From Enoplolaimus lenunculus (Eukaryota), in the NCBI GenBank assembly GCA_030248215.1, contig JASANG010002365.1:62001-126000 (forward strand): 64,000 bases of DNA, read 5' to 3'. The notes below the pieces were generated by a model, which saw nothing but the letters and a program-made list of their open reading frames with translations, did no database searches and was not told the DNA's origin. Shown in pieces: positions 61,072 through 64,000 of the stretch. How positions within the stretch are numbered: the stretch's first letter is position 1; each line of letters starts with the position of its first letter. Position numbers and translations under genes: made by a program.

Positions 61072-61367
61072 GTAAGCGCTTGTGAAAATAGTAATTTGTA
61101 GTCTCATTTTTGATACAAACCCTTTATCGATTAATAGAACTTTCGGGCTGTAAGCCAGACAGATATATATTTATTTATTTATTTATTTACTTATTTATTT
61201 ATTTATATATTTATTTATATATTATATATACACATAAAGAGTTCTTTGTGTTTAATAAGGAAAATGCTTGCAAAGACTTTTTGACGTTGAAGTTGTGAAC
61301 AGATTCAACTTAATTACTGTATTTCACAAGTTTAAAAACCATTTTTAATTAGCGACAGGCGTACGTA

Positions 61368-61577
61368 CACTGCAAGAAATGGTGAGTCAAATTGACTCTC
61401 TCCGAAATAGGCTCTACGGGACTACACAAACTGAGTCAAATTCGACTCCGTCAGAGTCAAATTCGACTAACTGAGTCGCACGTTTGACTCTGGTGGAGTC
61501 GAATTTTGACTCAATTTGTGTAGTCCCGTAGAGCCTATTTCGGAGAGAGTCAATTTGACTCACCATTTTTTGCAGTG
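61368..61577. mobile_element. CACTG MITE, family A
   Basis: TA TSD; near-perfect palindrome. Confidence 0.87.
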
Positions 61578-63019
61578 TAGAGAATGTGGACGGCATACGA
61601 AATGTGAGTCAAAACTTTACTGAAGGTTTTATGTCAGAGGCATTTTCGATACATTACTACAGGTTTGACTCAAATATTTTCTAGTAATAATATCTGTATG
61701 CCAAATTAACCCGTGCCAAGTCTTCTAGATTTGATTTGGCAATGAAATCTATAACTCAACTGAAGATATTTAAAATTTTCAAAACCTTCGACACGCATGT
61801 AGCCAGCTCACCTTGTTATGGGAAGCAATACATTGTTAGGATGGGCATACAAGGGTTTTCGATGACTTACAAGCAAGGTTGAACAATTTTAAGGAAGAGC
61901 TAAAATATGCAAAGGGTGGGGTAAGGACACCAAATGAATCCCCCTGAATCAATACCTGTCAAACGAAACGGTAAAAAAATTCGGCGCAGCGCCAAGCCAG
62001 CGTTCGGCGGAGAGAAGTATAGCGCAACCTTTAAGTATTGCGCAATTCTAAAGTTTGCGCTATACTTTACTCAACCGGACGTAGGCGCGTGCCGTCGCAC
62101 GGTGGCGTGCGGTTATATCCGAGTATAGCACAACCCTTACGGTTTCAAAATTAATTGCTATCCTTAATTAGAGTTAATTAATGGTTTTCAATTACCAAAT
62201 CAGTATGTTTTTAAGGCTTAAACAACGCGGTATGTCTTTATAATACACTTTGACAGTTGCATATTGCAAAGTGTGTTTCACGTGTCGCTTGTCAAAATTG
62301 CACTGATTTTTGGCGATTCGGTTTTGTATTTTACCGCAAAATAGGTTTATTTTCTGCAATGCTGTTGTTGATGAGCAAAAAATTACGGCAAACATATTTG
62401 AATTTTTAAATTTCTTCAAAACACACTCGAATGCGCATTTTACTGGTTGTCTCGCGTTTTATGGTTCTTAGCAACACATTTCAATCATTCGCAGCAAATT
62501 CTTTTTTACCACCTTAAAAATATTTGAATAATTCATGTTTTATCGTTGAACAACAATTAAATGTAATTAATTTTGGAAAGTAATATCTGAAGTAATTACT
62601 TATAAACAATTATTTCCATGCGTTCACTTTAATTGCAATAAGTTTATTAAGCAATTCAGACGGAAAGTTAGTTGTTTCTGAGTTAACAACAGCACACCTT
62701 TATAGTCACTTTGAGCTGAGTTGACTGTCATAATGAGTTGAATTGACTCCTGGAAAGTTGATGATTTAAATTAGAGTGAATTGAATGAACTTATAATTGT
62801 GAGTTCTGGTAGTCCTAACTCAGACTGAGTGATTCAACTCATTCTGAATTAAAATCAACTCGCTGGAATTTACAGTGTTCAAACGCCATATTGTAAATTT
62901 TTTACCTGAAAAGGTGGTAATTCATCTGAGCCAGTTTAAATGTTGGAAACATTAATTGAGTTTAACTGCAAAAATGTCAAAAATTAAAACTGTGATAAAT
63001 TTGGAAATTAACTAATTCA

Positions 63020-63247
63020 TTCCTAAGCCTAAGCCTAAGCGTTGCAAAAATGATTTCCTAAGCCTAAGCCTAATCGCTGCAAAAATGATTTCCTAAGCCT
63101 AAGCCTAAGCCTAATCGTTGCAAAAATGAGTTCCTAAGCCTAAGCCTAAGCTTAAGCGTTGCAAAAATGAGTGCTTAACCTAAGCCTAACCGTTGCAAAA
63201 ATGAGTTCCTAAGCCTAAGCCTAAGCTTAAGCGTTGCAAAAATGAGT
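63020..63247. repeat. Minisatellite of (CCTAAG)2-4 + GTTGCAAAAATGA, 6 units
   Basis: Telomere-type hexamers alternate with a spacer also found in the MITE at ~34825. Confidence 0.9.
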
Positions 63248-64000
63248 TGCAGTAGCACTTCTGAATATTTTTTGCATTTCCATCTCTGCTAGGCTTTGTC
63301 CACATTTACGCAAAGGCGTAGGCTTTAGCTTAGGCTTATCAGGCTTACGATAGGTGTAAGCTTACCGAAACTTTTTCAGGAGCCTTTGCATCAGGCTAAG
63401 CCTGATCCTTGAATGTGGGAAAAATCGAATCCTCAACCTTAAATGCAGCAAAATGTGTAAAATAGCCCAGTATTTCTGTAAACAATTGATGGGGCCGAGG
63501 TTATACGCCTCGCGAGGTCGGCCCTTTCGTGCGAGCAACGGAGGCCTCCATAAGATCCATCGACAGCCGCTGTATGATTCAGTAAGGCCATGTGTAACTT
63601 ACCGCGGTCTACTGACTGTTGTTTACCGGGGCACCCGAAACAATTTAATTATTATTCAGTTCGAGGATATTTTGCAGCCTCCAGCAGATTCGATGTATTA
63701 TAGACCGTCTGAAATTTTTACAACTATCGGAATATAACTAATGTTCTGCGAATATGACGAAAACATATACCCAGTCACTCGGCGTGGGGACCCCTGATGG
63801 CACGCGACCTTTCTTATGGGTTAAGGAGAAAGCGCTAGCCGTGGCACTGTGACAATTAACCAATACAGTCTTGAAATTCGCATTTCTAACAAAATTCGGT
63901 TGCAAATTTAAAAAATAATGTATTCGGTCAGGCCGGGTAGCCAGCTCCCCTTCTTGGGGGGGGGGGCTAAAAAGTTTTTAAGACGAGCATGCAAGTGTTT

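Noticed and set aside
63020..63247. True telomere or telomere-addition site
   Set aside because: Hexamers are interrupted by a MITE-derived spacer and ordinary sequence continues on both sides.

Overview
AT-rich animal genomic DNA, probably a repeat-rich nematode (inferred from TTAGGC telomere-type repeats and TTTCAG/TTTTAG acceptors). Two intron-containing + strand genes are supported. (1) The 3' six exons of a C9orf78/TLS1-like splicing factor (208-3348), with one GC-AG intron. (2) The 5' half of a GRIP-family multi-PDZ gene (25552 to beyond 61071; PDZ1-3 visible), with two ~14 kb introns. Each of these introns holds a long ORF that looks like an alternative first coding exon (38043, 53156). 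The rest is a dense, often nested mosaic of non-autonomous transposons: hAT (8-bp TSD), piggyBac-like MITEs carrying a tRNA-Gly-derived Pol III cassette, TTAGGC-carrying GG..CC MITEs with 7-9-bp TSDs (Merlin/MULE-like), CACTG/EnSpm-like, PIF/Harbinger, P-like (7-bp TSD), Helitrons, a DINE-1/HINE-type Helentron derivative, tRNA-derived SINE-like repeats and micro/minisatellites. No transposase ORF, rRNA, intact tRNA or CRISPR array was seen. All calls come from reading the sequence and from recalled protein motifs; no searches were run.
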